Shown here: positions 40,758-50,834 of the stretch, one piece after another
Position numbering within the stretch: the first letter of the stretch is position 1
Layout: every line of letters starts with the position of its first letter
From: Bacteroidota bacterium
Lineage (GTDB): Bacteria > Bacteroidota > Bacteroidia > Bacteroidales > FEN-979
Direction: 5' to 3'
NCBI GenBank assembly: GCA_026391775.1
Contig: JAPLDK010000033.1
Coordinates: 3,404 to 67,403 of the forward strand
DNA length: 64,000 nucleotides
Translations under genes and position numbers: made by a program
Notes under the pieces: model-generated
What the model saw: the letters and a program-made list of their open reading frames with translations, nothing else
Database searches by the model: none
What the model was told of the DNA's origin: nothing

Positions 40758-41510
40758 ATGTCTTCACAAAATGGAATTAATACATTCACAGCAATCATTG
40801 TTGATGATGAGCTTCATGGAAGGGAAAATCTTAAGAAGATCATTGAAACGTATTGCCCGGAGGTTGAAATCCTGGGCCTGGCCGAATCAGTTGTAAAGGC
40901 TAAGGAACTTGTAAGCGTTCTTAAGCCCGATGCCGTATTCCTTGATATCAATATGCCCGTACTCGACGGGTTTGACTTTCTTGCAGAGTACGATGAGCGG
41001 AATTTTTTGGTAGTATTTGTCAGTGCCCACGAGGAATTTGGGATCAATGCCGTGAAAGCCGGCGCAGCAGATTATATCCTAAAGCCCATAAATATCAAGG
41101 AGCTTAAACAGACTGTTAAAAAACTTCTGTTAATTCTGAATAAGTCCATAAAAGTTGAGACTTCCCATGATATTGAAAAACTAGTTATCCCTGCCTCTCA
41201 TGGATTTAATGTAATTGTTATTGATGAGGTAATACGTCTTGAAGCAGATGGATGTTATACAACCATTGTAATTAAAGGTGGAAAGAATACGGTTGTTTCC
41301 CGAACATTAAAAGATTTCGAGGATACCCTGCCAAAGGATAGATTTTTCAGAATTCACAAATCACATCTGATCAATCTGAAATATATTAAAGACTATTCAA
41401 ACCTCAGCGGAAATCTTGTTACGATGACAGATGGCAGCAGTGTTGAATTATCCCGCAGGAAAGCACCGGAGTTTATACAAAAAATCAAATCAGTGCTGAA
41501 GTCAGTTTGA
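40758..41510 (+). CDS. LytTR family response regulator
   Basis: FLDINMP REC; FFRIHKSHLINL, SRRK LytTR domain. Confidence 0.93.
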   Translation: MSSQNGINTFTAIIVDDELHGRENLKKIIETYCPEVEILGLAESVVKAKELVSVLKPDAVFLDINMPVLDGFDFLAEYDERNFLVVFVSAHEEFGINAVKAGAADYILKPINIKELKQTVKKLLLILNKSIKVETSHDIEKLVIPASHGFNVIVIDEVIRLEADGCYTTIVIKGGKNTVVSRTLKDFEDTLPKDRFFRIHKSHLINLKYIKDYSNLSGNLVTMTDGSSVELSRRKAPEFIQKIKSVLKSV

Positions 41511-41512
41511 AC

Positions 41513-44503
41513 ATGCCTTTAAAAAAACTTATACTTGCAATAATCCTCAGTCTCCCCTTTGCAGCACTTCATCCGCAAACACCTTCATATTATCATTATA
41601 CCACAACAGACGGACTGGCTTCCTCAACGGTGTACAGTATAATCCAGGCCAGAGATGGTTTTATCTGGTTTGCCACGATAAATGGAATAAGTAAGTTTGA
41701 CGGAAAACGATTCACAACGTTCAGAACGAATGACGGTCTTAATTCGAATTCGATTATTTCTCTGGTGGAAGGACATAATGGTGAATTATATTTCGGGAAT
41801 TATGAAAAAGGAATAAATGTTTTAAGAAATGGGCGGATCGAAAACTATTGCAATGAAATTGACGGGAAAAGTTTTGCTACGTCTTATTTATTACTTGTCC
41901 CTGAGGGAAAAGATGAGCAAAAAATATTCGCTTATCGCACTCATGGGGTTATCAATTCTATCAGTGAAAAAAAACATGAGAGACTAAAAACTCATGGTAT
42001 CCAAACATCCCCCATTTATATAAACAGATTAGAGATATTAGCGAATAATGAAATTCTGGCTTTAACTCCAACCGGCCTGTACAGTTTCAAAAAGACCAGG
42101 TTAATAAAAATCCGGATTAAAAAGCTGCCTGACACAGAAGTTTTTTGTCTTGCCAATAGTTGCGACGGCAGCTATTATATTGGTACAAGGGGCATGATAT
42201 ACAGAATAAAAAAAGATCAGGTAATTGGAAGGTATAAAATACCCTTAGCCGGTAACAATGATGTTTGCAATATGCTAATTGACAGGCATAATAACATCTG
42301 GTTTTCAGTAATGAATAAAGGGTTCTATTTAATTCCTCACGATTCGGAAAATATAAGTGATATCGGAGTTAAAATGGGGTTGGAGAATACTCTTGTAACC
42401 AATTTCATGGAAGATAATGAAGGAAATATTTGGGTAAGTACCTATGGCAAAGGCGTGTTTTGTTTGAATAACCTGTATCTGAAAAGCTATAATGAAAAGG
42501 ACGGATTGAGCAATAACAGTATTTATTCAATTGAGAAAGACAATTCGGGCAAATTACTGATAGGGACTTTTAACGGTCTGAATATTTTAGAAAACGGAAA
42601 GTTCAGCAATATCAAAAACAATTCGACAAAAACATTAACGGAATATATCTACAATATTAAAAAATCGGGTAATGAATTTTATATAAGCGGTGCATTTGGT
42701 GAAACCGGGGTTAAAAAAACTTCATACAAAGGTATAATCCTTAATCTTTTCGACCGGCCGTCATTCTGTAAAACATCTCATGATCTTTATTTGTTTGGAG
42801 GATCAGGGAATTACATTCTGGTTCAACAATCACTTGATTATAAACCCTCGGAAACATGCCATTTATATATCTTTGGAGATAGCCTGAATATAAATCGCAT
42901 TAACGAAATTTTTGAAGATTCGGAAAATAACATCTGGATAGCAACAGGCCTGGGTTTATGCAAAATCACCAAGGCATCTGACTCCTGTAAAGAATGGAAG
43001 AAATCATTTTTCCCCTCTGACCCGGTTCTGAATTCAAGAATCAATGCAATCTGCCAGGATAATAAAAAAAATATCTGGTTCGCTGGTGAAAAGGGAATAG
43101 CCAGCTATAACCCGGGAAATGATTCGGTTAAAACCTATACAAGTTTTAATGGGTATGATTTATCTTCAGCTACTTCTCTTATATCGGATAACAGGAACAG
43201 GATCTGGATCGGGAGTATGAATGGACTGTATCTGTTTGACAGGAGTTCTATCAGATATCTTAACCGTTTAACCGGGCTCCCTTCCGATGAAATCCTGTCA
43301 CTTTATTATGACAGCAAAATAAACTTTCTATATGTCGGGACCAGCAATGGAATTTCTTTCCTGGATGTAAATTTATTCGACAGCTATTCTCCTTCTCCAC
43401 CAAAGGTGAAAATTATCGACATTAAAGCTGGAGATTCGGTTTACACAAGCTATAATAATTTAGTTTTTGAGCCCGAACAACATGATGTATATATCGACTT
43501 CAAGGCATTAAACTTTTCTTCATCAGGCTCAGTAAAGTACGAATATAAATTAAATGATGATTGGACGGAAACCGGGTATGATTTCCTGAATTTCATCTCG
43601 TTGAAGAACGGACTTTACACTCTGCAGATCAGGGCTAAAATTCAAAATACCAGCTGGGGTGAACCATACATCCTCAGCTTTCGGATCCTGCCCCGCTTTG
43701 TTGAAACGATCTGGTTTGATCTCCTGATCATCGTAGTTTTTATACTCATTACTTTTTCTTTTGTAACATGGCGTCAGATAAGAAATAACGACAAAATGCG
43801 CAAGGAATTAGAACTGACTGAAAGGTTCAACAAGCTTGAGCATCAAGCCTTATCTGCAATGATGAACCCGCACTTTATTTCCAACTCACTTAATTCGGTG
43901 CAATATCTTATCAACAGCGGTAAATATGAAGAGGCCAATGATTACATTGCAATGATTGCCAAATTGATGCGGAAAAATCTTGATACAGCCGGAAGCGGAT
44001 TTATTCTCTTATCGGAAGAAATTATACGCCTGAAGCTTTATCTCGATCTTGAGAAGCTGAGATTTCAGGAGAGTTTCTCATATGAGATTATTACCGGGAC
44101 AGATGTTGATACAGGTTCAGTCATGATACCGAACATGATCATCCAGCCATTTATGGAAAATTCAATCTGGCACGGCATCATCAATTCAGGCAATAAAGGC
44201 CTTCTCACTGTTTCATTCACTTTTGAAGACGTGGAAATTGATACTGTTGTCAGCCGGTCATTGATTATTAAGGTTACAGATAATGGTATAGGAATTATAG
44301 AAGCAAAGAAGAATAAAAAGGAAGATCATATTTCAAAAGGGATACAAATTATTGAAGAGCGGCTCAGATTGTTGAGCACAAAAATGCAGCTTCCACAGCC
44401 CATCATGTTTGAAGATCTAAGCAGCCAGGATAACGATGCTCAGGGAACAGAAGTAATTATTTCCCTCCCTCCTCCGCTTTATAAAATTTCAATTCCGGGA
44501 TAA
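41513..44503 (+). CDS. LytS-type histidine kinase with two-component regulator propeller and Y_Y_Y domain
   Basis: DGL.S/N repeats, GNIW, MNPHFISNSLNS, IQPFMENSIWHG. Confidence 0.9.
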   Translation: MPLKKLILAIILSLPFAALHPQTPSYYHYTTTDGLASSTVYSIIQARDGFIWFATINGISKFDGKRFTTFRTNDGLNSNSIISLVEGHNGELYFGNYEKGINVLRNGRIENYCNEIDGKSFATSYLLLVPEGKDEQKIFAYRTHGVINSISEKKHERLKTHGIQTSPIYINRLEILANNEILALTPTGLYSFKKTRLIKIRIKKLPDTEVFCLANSCDGSYYIGTRGMIYRIKKDQVIGRYKIPLAGNNDVCNMLIDRHNNIWFSVMNKGFYLIPHDSENISDIGVKMGLENTLVTNFMEDNEGNIWVSTYGKGVFCLNNLYLKSYNEKDGLSNNSIYSIEKDNSGKLLIGTFNGLNILENGKFSNIKNNSTKTLTEYIYNIKKSGNEFYISGAFGETGVKKTSYKGIILNLFDRPSFCKTSHDLYLFGGSGNYILVQQSLDYKPSETCHLYIFGDSLNINRINEIFEDSENNIWIATGLGLCKITKASDSCKEWKKSFFPSDPVLNSRINAICQDNKKNIWFAGEKGIASYNPGNDSVKTYTSFNGYDLSSATSLISDNRNRIWIGSMNGLYLFDRSSIRYLNRLTGLPSDEILSLYYDSKINFLYVGTSNGISFLDVNLFDSYSPSPPKVKIIDIKAGDSVYTSYNNLVFEPEQHDVYIDFKALNFSSSGSVKYEYKLNDDWTETGYDFLNFISLKNGLYTLQIRAKIQNTSWGEPYILSFRILPRFVETIWFDLLIIVVFILITFSFVTWRQIRNNDKMRKELELTERFNKLEHQALSAMMNPHFISNSLNSVQYLINSGKYEEANDYIAMIAKLMRKNLDTAGSGFILLSEEIIRLKLYLDLEKLRFQESFSYEIITGTDVDTGSVMIPNMIIQPFMENSIWHGIINSGNKGLLTVSFTFEDVEIDTVVSRSLIIKVTDNGIGIIEAKKNKKEDHISKGIQIIEERLRLLSTKMQLPQPIMFEDLSSQDNDAQGTEVIISLPPPLYKISIPG

Positions 44504-44520
44504 GATACTCTGTCTTCTTT

Positions 44521-44613
44521 TACCAGTAAATCAGTTTTATATACCGTTAAATGAACAACACCTACCGCAGGTCTATCTGGTATTGTGCTGGCATAGCATT
44601 GTCAGTATTTTTG
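44521..44613 (+). promoter_or_regulatory. LytTR-type triple direct repeat (21-bp period) plus Bacteroidota -33/-7 promoter
   Basis: TACCAGT 44521, TACCGTT 44542, TACCGCA 44563; TATTG 44581; TATTTTTG 44606. Confidence 0.65.
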
Positions 44614-44638
44614 GCTAAAATTCAAGTATAATCTTGAA

Positions 44639-45238
44639 ATGAAGAACTTAATGATCATATTGACCTTAATGACATCATTCATTATTAGTTGTAATATGAC
44701 TTTTTTGAATCACAAAGACTATAAGATCAAGTTAAAGGATTTTGAATGGAATATAAAAATTGAAGGACAGTGCGGCGAGATCTACGTAAAAGGATCAAAC
44801 TTTATTTGCGGTAGAAACTATGACTCAACCTTCATCGAGATATCCTCAACCAATGGCGCTATTTTGGACACTTTACATCCTTATACGGTTGAGAAAGAAA
44901 GGGAGTGTACGATTCTTGACAAGGCAAGTGAATATAAAAACGGCTATTCATTACATAATGTTCCTGTTGACAAAGAGAAATATTTAAAAGTTACTTTGAA
45001 AGTATTCGACCGGCAATACCGTGGCGACGACGAAACATATTACCTGATCATTACCACCCTTACAAATCAAGAGTTTACAATTCTTTTCAGCCGTAAACAA
45101 TTTCCTTCGATCGATGATATTACCTATTTTAAGGACGGCAAGTTTATAATGACTTATAATGGGGAAGCTGGCTACGACCAGCATAAATATTCAATCCATA
45201 TTGGATTGTTTGACCTGGAGAAAATAATCAAAGAATGA
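44639..45238 (+). CDS. Hypothetical lipoprotein
   Basis: Lipobox IISC; no recognised domain. Confidence 0.7.
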   Translation: MKNLMIILTLMTSFIISCNMTFLNHKDYKIKLKDFEWNIKIEGQCGEIYVKGSNFICGRNYDSTFIEISSTNGAILDTLHPYTVEKERECTILDKASEYKNGYSLHNVPVDKEKYLKVTLKVFDRQYRGDDETYYLIITTLTNQEFTILFSRKQFPSIDDITYFKDGKFIMTYNGEAGYDQHKYSIHIGLFDLEKIIKE

Positions 45239-46824
45239 GAAAAATAAAGATTGTACTGATCGTGCTGATGTTTGTCTTTTACGGATATGGTTTTTCTCAG
45301 TCTCAACAAACTGAACAAAACATGAAAACAAAAATTAGTCAGGAAGAGCGAATTGCAGTTCTTGAAAAGCGGATTGCAGATGCCGGGGATGATTTTGTCT
45401 CACTGACAACAGCGGAATATGATCTCCTGCTTTCACAAGCTGTCGGTGACATTGAAGGGTTTGAGCCGCTCGCTACGATAATGGGGGGAATTATGGTTGG
45501 TTATGGATTTCCCGACGGACCAAAAATTTATAAAACCGACATACAAACCATTTTCCCAAACATTCCCAACATTAGTGAGGGAGAAGTGTTTGTAATTTTT
45601 GATCATGTGAAAGGCAGCAATGGCCTTGATTATCTTGACCGGGAAAGCAATACTGAAATAAAGGCGGATAGCAGCTACCCGGAGAATGACTTTACTCAAC
45701 TTAAACTTTACATCAAGGCTGCCGGTTCGAAATCGTATTTGTTTGGAAGCCGGTATGTTAATTTACGGGATCCTTCTGACAGTATTACGGTTCGGGTTCT
45801 TGGAGCTCTCGGCGGAGAAGTCGTGCTTGGGGCAGTCTCAGGAAAAGTTGTCATGGAACTTCCGACAAACATTACCGGTCTTACATTAGCGAAAGAAGAT
45901 ATCGGTATCGAGAAATCATTTGCCGGGGGATTGATCACCCTGAAAGAAATCACGGACGACAAGATTTCCTTTCAGTTTAAAGGTGATCGCAGGATGATAT
46001 ATTCATGGAATGCATATGATAATGCAAATGCGATCCTTGAAATAAAGGATGTTCTTATAAAAGATGAACTTCATACCTTATATGCCGAGAACCCAAAGTC
46101 AATGAAAATTTACCAATCAGAAGTTGTCCGCAAGGAATATCCCTTTGCTTTCGGCAACGAGGATCAAACTGCCCCAAAGGAAGCTTCTCCTGCATGGCCG
46201 GAGAAGATTTCTCCTGCAACGCCAATTGTTTACCTCGAAAACAATGATCCGATTGCAATAGCCATTAAAGGACGGGCATTAACTGATCTCAAACAGTCAG
46301 TAAATAAAGCAGACCCGGAGTCTCCTGAAAATAAATTAATTGCCGCGCAAGTGGCAGCATGGCCCCTGGACAAGCAAAATCAATTGCATGAAGCATTTGA
46401 AAAATCAATCAATGATTATCCGGTTCAGACACATTTAAATGTTAAGATATTCAACGCCGGGACTTTTTTCATGGTTTTCAGTGATTTTGGAAAGATGGAT
46501 CAGAAAAAGATGGCAGAGGAGTATGATATTCGCGTTCAAAGCCTCGGCGGGGATAACTATACAGCCGAGTTTTGGGAAGATTCAGAAACACATGCTCTGG
46601 CTGTTGCAAATAACACGAATGTTGAAGCCATAGAAGTTGTGAAAGAACTTATCAGGTTATCCAGTGGTAAGGAGTCTGTTTCTGATGAAGATGGCATTAA
46701 AACCACTAAAATGGTGGCTTTGCGATATACAAAAATGATGGCTTTGCTTTATACCTTAGAAAAGGATGGCTCGGTTTCTTTTCACGACCCGTTTCAGCCG
46801 ATGATGGATTTTATCAAACAATAA
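45235..46824 (+). CDS. Hypothetical secreted protein; C-terminal domain shared with 49607..50665
   Basis: Signal peptide; C-terminal ~200 aa align with the end of the WG-repeat protein. Confidence 0.75.
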   Translation: MRKIKIVLIVLMFVFYGYGFSQSQQTEQNMKTKISQEERIAVLEKRIADAGDDFVSLTTAEYDLLLSQAVGDIEGFEPLATIMGGIMVGYGFPDGPKIYKTDIQTIFPNIPNISEGEVFVIFDHVKGSNGLDYLDRESNTEIKADSSYPENDFTQLKLYIKAAGSKSYLFGSRYVNLRDPSDSITVRVLGALGGEVVLGAVSGKVVMELPTNITGLTLAKEDIGIEKSFAGGLITLKEITDDKISFQFKGDRRMIYSWNAYDNANAILEIKDVLIKDELHTLYAENPKSMKIYQSEVVRKEYPFAFGNEDQTAPKEASPAWPEKISPATPIVYLENNDPIAIAIKGRALTDLKQSVNKADPESPENKLIAAQVAAWPLDKQNQLHEAFEKSINDYPVQTHLNVKIFNAGTFFMVFSDFGKMDQKKMAEEYDIRVQSLGGDNYTAEFWEDSETHALAVANNTNVEAIEVVKELIRLSSGKESVSDEDGIKTTKMVALRYTKMMALLYTLEKDGSVSFHDPFQPMMDFIKQ

Positions 46825-46836
46825 TGAATCCCGGTC

Positions 46837-48060
46837 ATGACGATAAATTGGGTTGGGGGGATGTTGAGCGTACTTGTGCTGGGCTTGCTTTTGCTTGCCG
46901 GATTTATGTTGCAAAATTCTGTTCGTTTGCTGATTACTGGTAAAAGAGTTGAAGGCGTTGTCGTTGGAATGGATACGTCTTCACGCTTATCCGGCTCATC
47001 AACAGATACTCCATTAAAATCGCCAATGGTTGAATTTTCAGTATCAACCGGAGAACGGATCAGGGTCAGCGGCCGGTCTTATTCCGAGTCACCATCAATT
47101 CGTGTGGGAGACCTGGTCACCGTAGCATACAGCCCTTCAAATCCCCGGAATGCACAGTTGCTCCTATGGAGTGATTTCCCTCTCGTTCCGGCTGGTTTTG
47201 TCCTTGGCTTTATTGCTATTATATTATTAATATGGGTATCGGGTATACTCATATCGGGGAACTCGAAAATGGATGATCCCTTCCATCTTTTGCCTGCCCT
47301 TATTTCTCACTTTCGTCTGAATCCTGTTCGCTTTCCAGCCCTTTTTATCTTATCTATAGCTATTCCTGCGTGCGGACTCGGGACGTATTTAACTTTAAAG
47401 ACAGCAATCGGGCTTCGTTCCGAGGGCATCAGGGCAACCGGCCATGTAGTCGGATCCCAAAGAGTGACGTCTTCCCTGAGCGATGGCAGTACAGGAAGCG
47501 GTGTGTTTCCTATGATCACTTTTAAAGATGCATCCGGCGCACCACACATAATCCGCAGATCGCTGGCTAAACCCTTGTCCCGGCTTAAACCAGGCGATGA
47601 GGTAGAGGTCATTTATCCTGCACGTCACCCTGAGCAGGGTGTTGTGAACACCTGGGACGAGTTTTGGCCGCCTCCTCTCTTTTTTGGATTTATGATGCTC
47701 GCGTTTATTATTATATTTCGTATTGTGTTCAGCAGAGCCAGCGTCACCTCAAACAGTAATCCGGGAAGTGAGAAGAAACTGAGGAAATCCGGCGTCCAGG
47801 CTGTTGCGACGGTGATTGAAGCGAATGTTAACACTCACTTACTCCATTATAGGATCGATAAGGAGACGGAAATGCCTGCGGCAAAGTCAAATGATTTTAT
47901 AACGCTTGAGATCAGTCTTTCGGATTGGGAACCATCGCAATCCGAAGCGTTAATTATTAAAGACAATCTTGCCCCGGCCTTCGAAAAGCTCATGACCGGG
48001 ATCATGAACCTGCCCAAACCACTTCCCAAGCTTATTCAAGGCATCGATTGGAATGATTGA
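46837..48060 (+). CDS. Membrane protein with two DUF3592-like domains
   Basis: Twice G.VVG...P.(V/I).F...G...GD.V.V.Y...P..A flanked by TMs. Confidence 0.75.
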   Translation: MTINWVGGMLSVLVLGLLLLAGFMLQNSVRLLITGKRVEGVVVGMDTSSRLSGSSTDTPLKSPMVEFSVSTGERIRVSGRSYSESPSIRVGDLVTVAYSPSNPRNAQLLLWSDFPLVPAGFVLGFIAIILLIWVSGILISGNSKMDDPFHLLPALISHFRLNPVRFPALFILSIAIPACGLGTYLTLKTAIGLRSEGIRATGHVVGSQRVTSSLSDGSTGSGVFPMITFKDASGAPHIIRRSLAKPLSRLKPGDEVEVIYPARHPEQGVVNTWDEFWPPPLFFGFMMLAFIIIFRIVFSRASVTSNSNPGSEKKLRKSGVQAVATVIEANVNTHLLHYRIDKETEMPAAKSNDFITLEISLSDWEPSQSEALIIKDNLAPAFEKLMTGIMNLPKPLPKLIQGIDWND

Positions 48061-48197
48061 AGGGAACTCGGAGTCAATCTGGGTCTCAATAAAGGATCTG
48101 AAGATGATAGTAAATTTTGGGAAAAGTTTCGGGTATTCAGAGCCAGGTATAAAAGCATAAAATAGAAAATTTTCAACGGCGACGATTTGAAATCAAT

Positions 48198-48530
48198 ATG
48201 GAAAAGATAATGTTGTTTTATTTGGAAAGACCGGATATTAAAATATCCATGCAAATCTATTTTACTGAGAAAGGACAACTATACTTTGATGGCTATGATA
48301 TTGGTAAAACTGTTGATGATTTGTGGGGAGATTCTGATTATGAGTATGTTTATACAATAGAACCAGGGGAGGTAAATAAGTTCTACCAACTATTTAACAT
48401 ACAAAACGGAGATAAATCTGTTCTTTTACGGGAAATTAAAAACCGCTTCAGTGTAAATGAAGCATATACATTGTTTGGGGAATTTATGCGTGTGAATAAT
48501 ATCAGTTTCAGCAGGTTCTCATATACCTGA
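48198..48530 (+). CDS. Hypothetical protein
   Basis: 110-aa ORF with a GYDIG...WGDSDYEY motif; function unknown. Confidence 0.6.
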   Translation: MEKIMLFYLERPDIKISMQIYFTEKGQLYFDGYDIGKTVDDLWGDSDYEYVYTIEPGEVNKFYQLFNIQNGDKSVLLREIKNRFSVNEAYTLFGEFMRVNNISFSRFSYT

Positions 48531-48543
48531 TTTTCACCTCCCC

Positions 48544-48594
48544 TGCCGTTTAACTGTTATTCCCTACCATTCAACAAATAACATATACTGCAAA
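48544..48594 (+). promoter_or_regulatory. Second LytTR-type triple repeat, core promoter apparently missing
   Basis: TGCCGTT 48544, TACCATT 48565, TACTGCA 48586 (21-bp period). Confidence 0.55.
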
Positions 48595-48612
48595 ACTGAT
48601 AAGTCAAAGCAA

Positions 48613-49020
48613 CTTTACCAGTGGAATGAAATGATGCAATATACTACCACAGAAGGAACGCAGGGGATTTGCCCGGGTGGCTGGCATTTGCCGACTGATG
48701 CCCACTGGTCGGGGCTAACGAGTTCCCTGGCCGGTCAAAGTGTTGCAGGTGGAAAAATGAAGGAGACCGGACATGCACATTGGACTGCTCCAAACACAGG
48801 AGCTTCCAACAGCAGCGGATTTAAAGCTCTTCCGGGCGGAGCCAAAAACTATATAGGCGGCACATTCGGAGATCTTACTAACATTGGTTTTTTCTGGTCA
48901 TCATCACAGAACTTCTCAACCTCCTCATGGGTCCGGCAGTTGGGTTATAATACCGCAGCCGCGGACCGCATAGATTATATGAAGACTTTTGGTTTTTCAG
49001 TCCGTTGCATCCGGAACTGA
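48613..49020 (+). pseudogene. 5'-truncated FISUMP domain gene
   Basis: Begins mid-domain at LYQWNEMMQY, then QGICPGGWHLPT...FSVRCIRN; lacks the signal peptide and WM..NL part. Confidence 0.7.
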
Positions 49021-49102
49021 CCTTCCCTAAATAACCATACACAGATTCAAACCAGAACATATTCGTTCCAGCAGCACTTTTTACCATTAACAGCATAAAA
49101 CC

Positions 49103-49610
49103 ATGAAGAAAAAAAACATAATTCTTATAGCATTGTTCCTTTCTTGTTACTGTTTGGGAGCACAAGCCCAATGGCTTCAGGATACCAGGCTAACCAATGA
49201 TAATTCAGGTTCCTGGACTTACGGCAATACCCCGTCTGATAACAATGTGTGGTGTGTTGCTGCGACCGGTAGCGATGTGCATGTGGTTTGGTACGATTAC
49301 CGGAATGATTTGGGCATGGGAGAGATATACTATAAAAAATCGGCAGATGGAGGTGTGAATTGGGGATCAGATATCAGACTTACCAACAACCATCGGCTAT
49401 GTAATACCCCAGACAAGTTCAGTAAAAATAAGTGTTTATAATTTCCTCGGTGAGGAGATACGGGTATTGGTCAATGAAGAAAAAGCTCAGGGAACTTATG
49501 AATTGGTTTTCTATGCAAAAGGAATGGCGAACGAAACTTATTACTTTACAATCAGGACTGGAAATTTCGTCCAAAGTAAAAAGATGATAATATTAAGATG
49601 GACCGTATGA
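49103..49610 (+). pseudogene. BNR/Asp-box T9SS protein with a large internal deletion
   Basis: Signal peptide plus VHVVW, IYYKKSADGGVNW, joined out of frame near 49385 to a T9SS CTD (PTTIGYVIP...VYNFLGEEI...KKMIILR). Confidence 0.75.
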
Positions 49611-50665
49611 AAAACCTGGTTATTGACCATATTATAATACGACAACAAACAATCTGCTTCATAATCCTTTTGCTTCTTATCAGTAGTCTGACGAACCAGG
49701 GGCAAACAATCGTGAAGAAAGACTTCCTTGTTGCGTTCAATGATACTATCAAAGGTGGCTATGGTTATAAAGATCATAACGGGACAGTGGTTATCCCGAT
49801 AGGAAAATACCCTATGGTTTTCTCCGACACCTTCAGGACTTATGCAATTGTGGCCAGCCCTGAAAAAGGTTTTGTTACCATTAACCGCCAGGAACAAGTT
49901 TTATATGAAGTATTTCCTTATGACAATGGCCCTGATTATATATCTGACGGGCTTTTCAGGATAATAGCAAACAAGAAAATCGGGTTTGCCGATTCAGCAA
50001 CGGGTAAGGTTATGATTATTCCTCAATTCGATTGCGCCCGGCCTTTTGAAAACGGCCTGGCTGAAGTCAGCACAAACTGTAAGTCCCAGGTATACGGAGA
50101 TAATGCTACATGGATAAGCGACAACTGGTACTATATCGACAAAACAGGAAGGAAAATTGACAAGCCCGATACGAATATGAAGCAAAAAGAATCTGTTGCC
50201 GCCCCGGACTCCGTAAAGCCGGTATACCTGGACCATAATGATACAATATATATAACAATTTATAAACGTGTGGCAGTGGACCTCAGACAAAAAGTCGACA
50301 CGGGATCAATTGAGAATAAACTCTTTGCGGCTAAAATGAGTGCATTGACTCCCGAACAGCAAAATCAATTGGAGCCAATATTCGTAAAATCAATAACCGA
50401 GTATGCAGCTAAGACTCATTTCGAGGCATGGACACTTATGATGAATTTTAACAACTTGGCGAGAAAAGATGTAAAAGACATTGCAGATAAGTATGAAATC
50501 CGTGTTCAAAACCTGGGTGACGAATGCTACGCTGCGGAATTTTGGGAAGCCCTTGAGCAGGGGGGCTACAATAAAGTAATGGCTTTGCTTTACGTCAGGG
50601 AAAAGGACGGCTCGTTTACGTTTCACGACCCATACCAGGCGGTGATTGATTTTTTAAACCAGTAA
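49607..50665 (+). CDS. WG-repeat protein fused to the uncharacterised shared C-terminal domain
   Basis: YGYKD..G.VVIP, DNGPDY.SDGLFRI, KIGFAD, PFENGLA; C-terminus like that of the 45235 ORF. Confidence 0.8.
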   Translation: MKNLVIDHIIIRQQTICFIILLLLISSLTNQGQTIVKKDFLVAFNDTIKGGYGYKDHNGTVVIPIGKYPMVFSDTFRTYAIVASPEKGFVTINRQEQVLYEVFPYDNGPDYISDGLFRIIANKKIGFADSATGKVMIIPQFDCARPFENGLAEVSTNCKSQVYGDNATWISDNWYYIDKTGRKIDKPDTNMKQKESVAAPDSVKPVYLDHNDTIYITIYKRVAVDLRQKVDTGSIENKLFAAKMSALTPEQQNQLEPIFVKSITEYAAKTHFEAWTLMMNFNNLARKDVKDIADKYEIRVQNLGDECYAAEFWEALEQGGYNKVMALLYVREKDGSFTFHDPYQAVIDFLNQ

Positions 50666-50740
50666 CCCTGCCATAGGCATTCCAGATCATTGTCAAGGGA
50701 GCCCCTACCCTGTTTTAAGGGTTTATTCTATTTCTCAGCA

Positions 50741-50833
50741 CGCCGTTGATCAAAGAATTCATACCGTTAAAAAAACAACATATACCGATTACAGGTCCTC
50801 TATTGCAACAACATCGTTTTACAAATATGTTTG
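50741..50833 (+). promoter_or_regulatory. Third LytTR-type triple repeat plus -33/-7 promoter
   Basis: CGCCGTT 50741, TACCGTT 50762, TACCGAT 50783; TATTG 50801; TATGTTTG 50826; spacing identical to the 44521 copy. Confidence 0.68.
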
Positions 50834-50834
50834 T

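Noticed and set aside
44589-44603. TGGCATAGCATTGTC as a sigma54 promoter
   Set aside because: The spacing is off by one and the -12 GC is missing; a TAnnTTTG promoter explains the site better
3-49020. Three FISUMP sequences as possible diversity-generating retroelement target and template
   Set aside because: Their 3' ends are not near-identical with adenine-specific differences, and there is no reverse transcriptase in the window
49019-49070. Fourth LytTR-type triplet (GACCTTC, CACAGAT, ATTCGTT)
   Set aside because: The period fits but the matches are weak and no promoter follows at the conserved spacing
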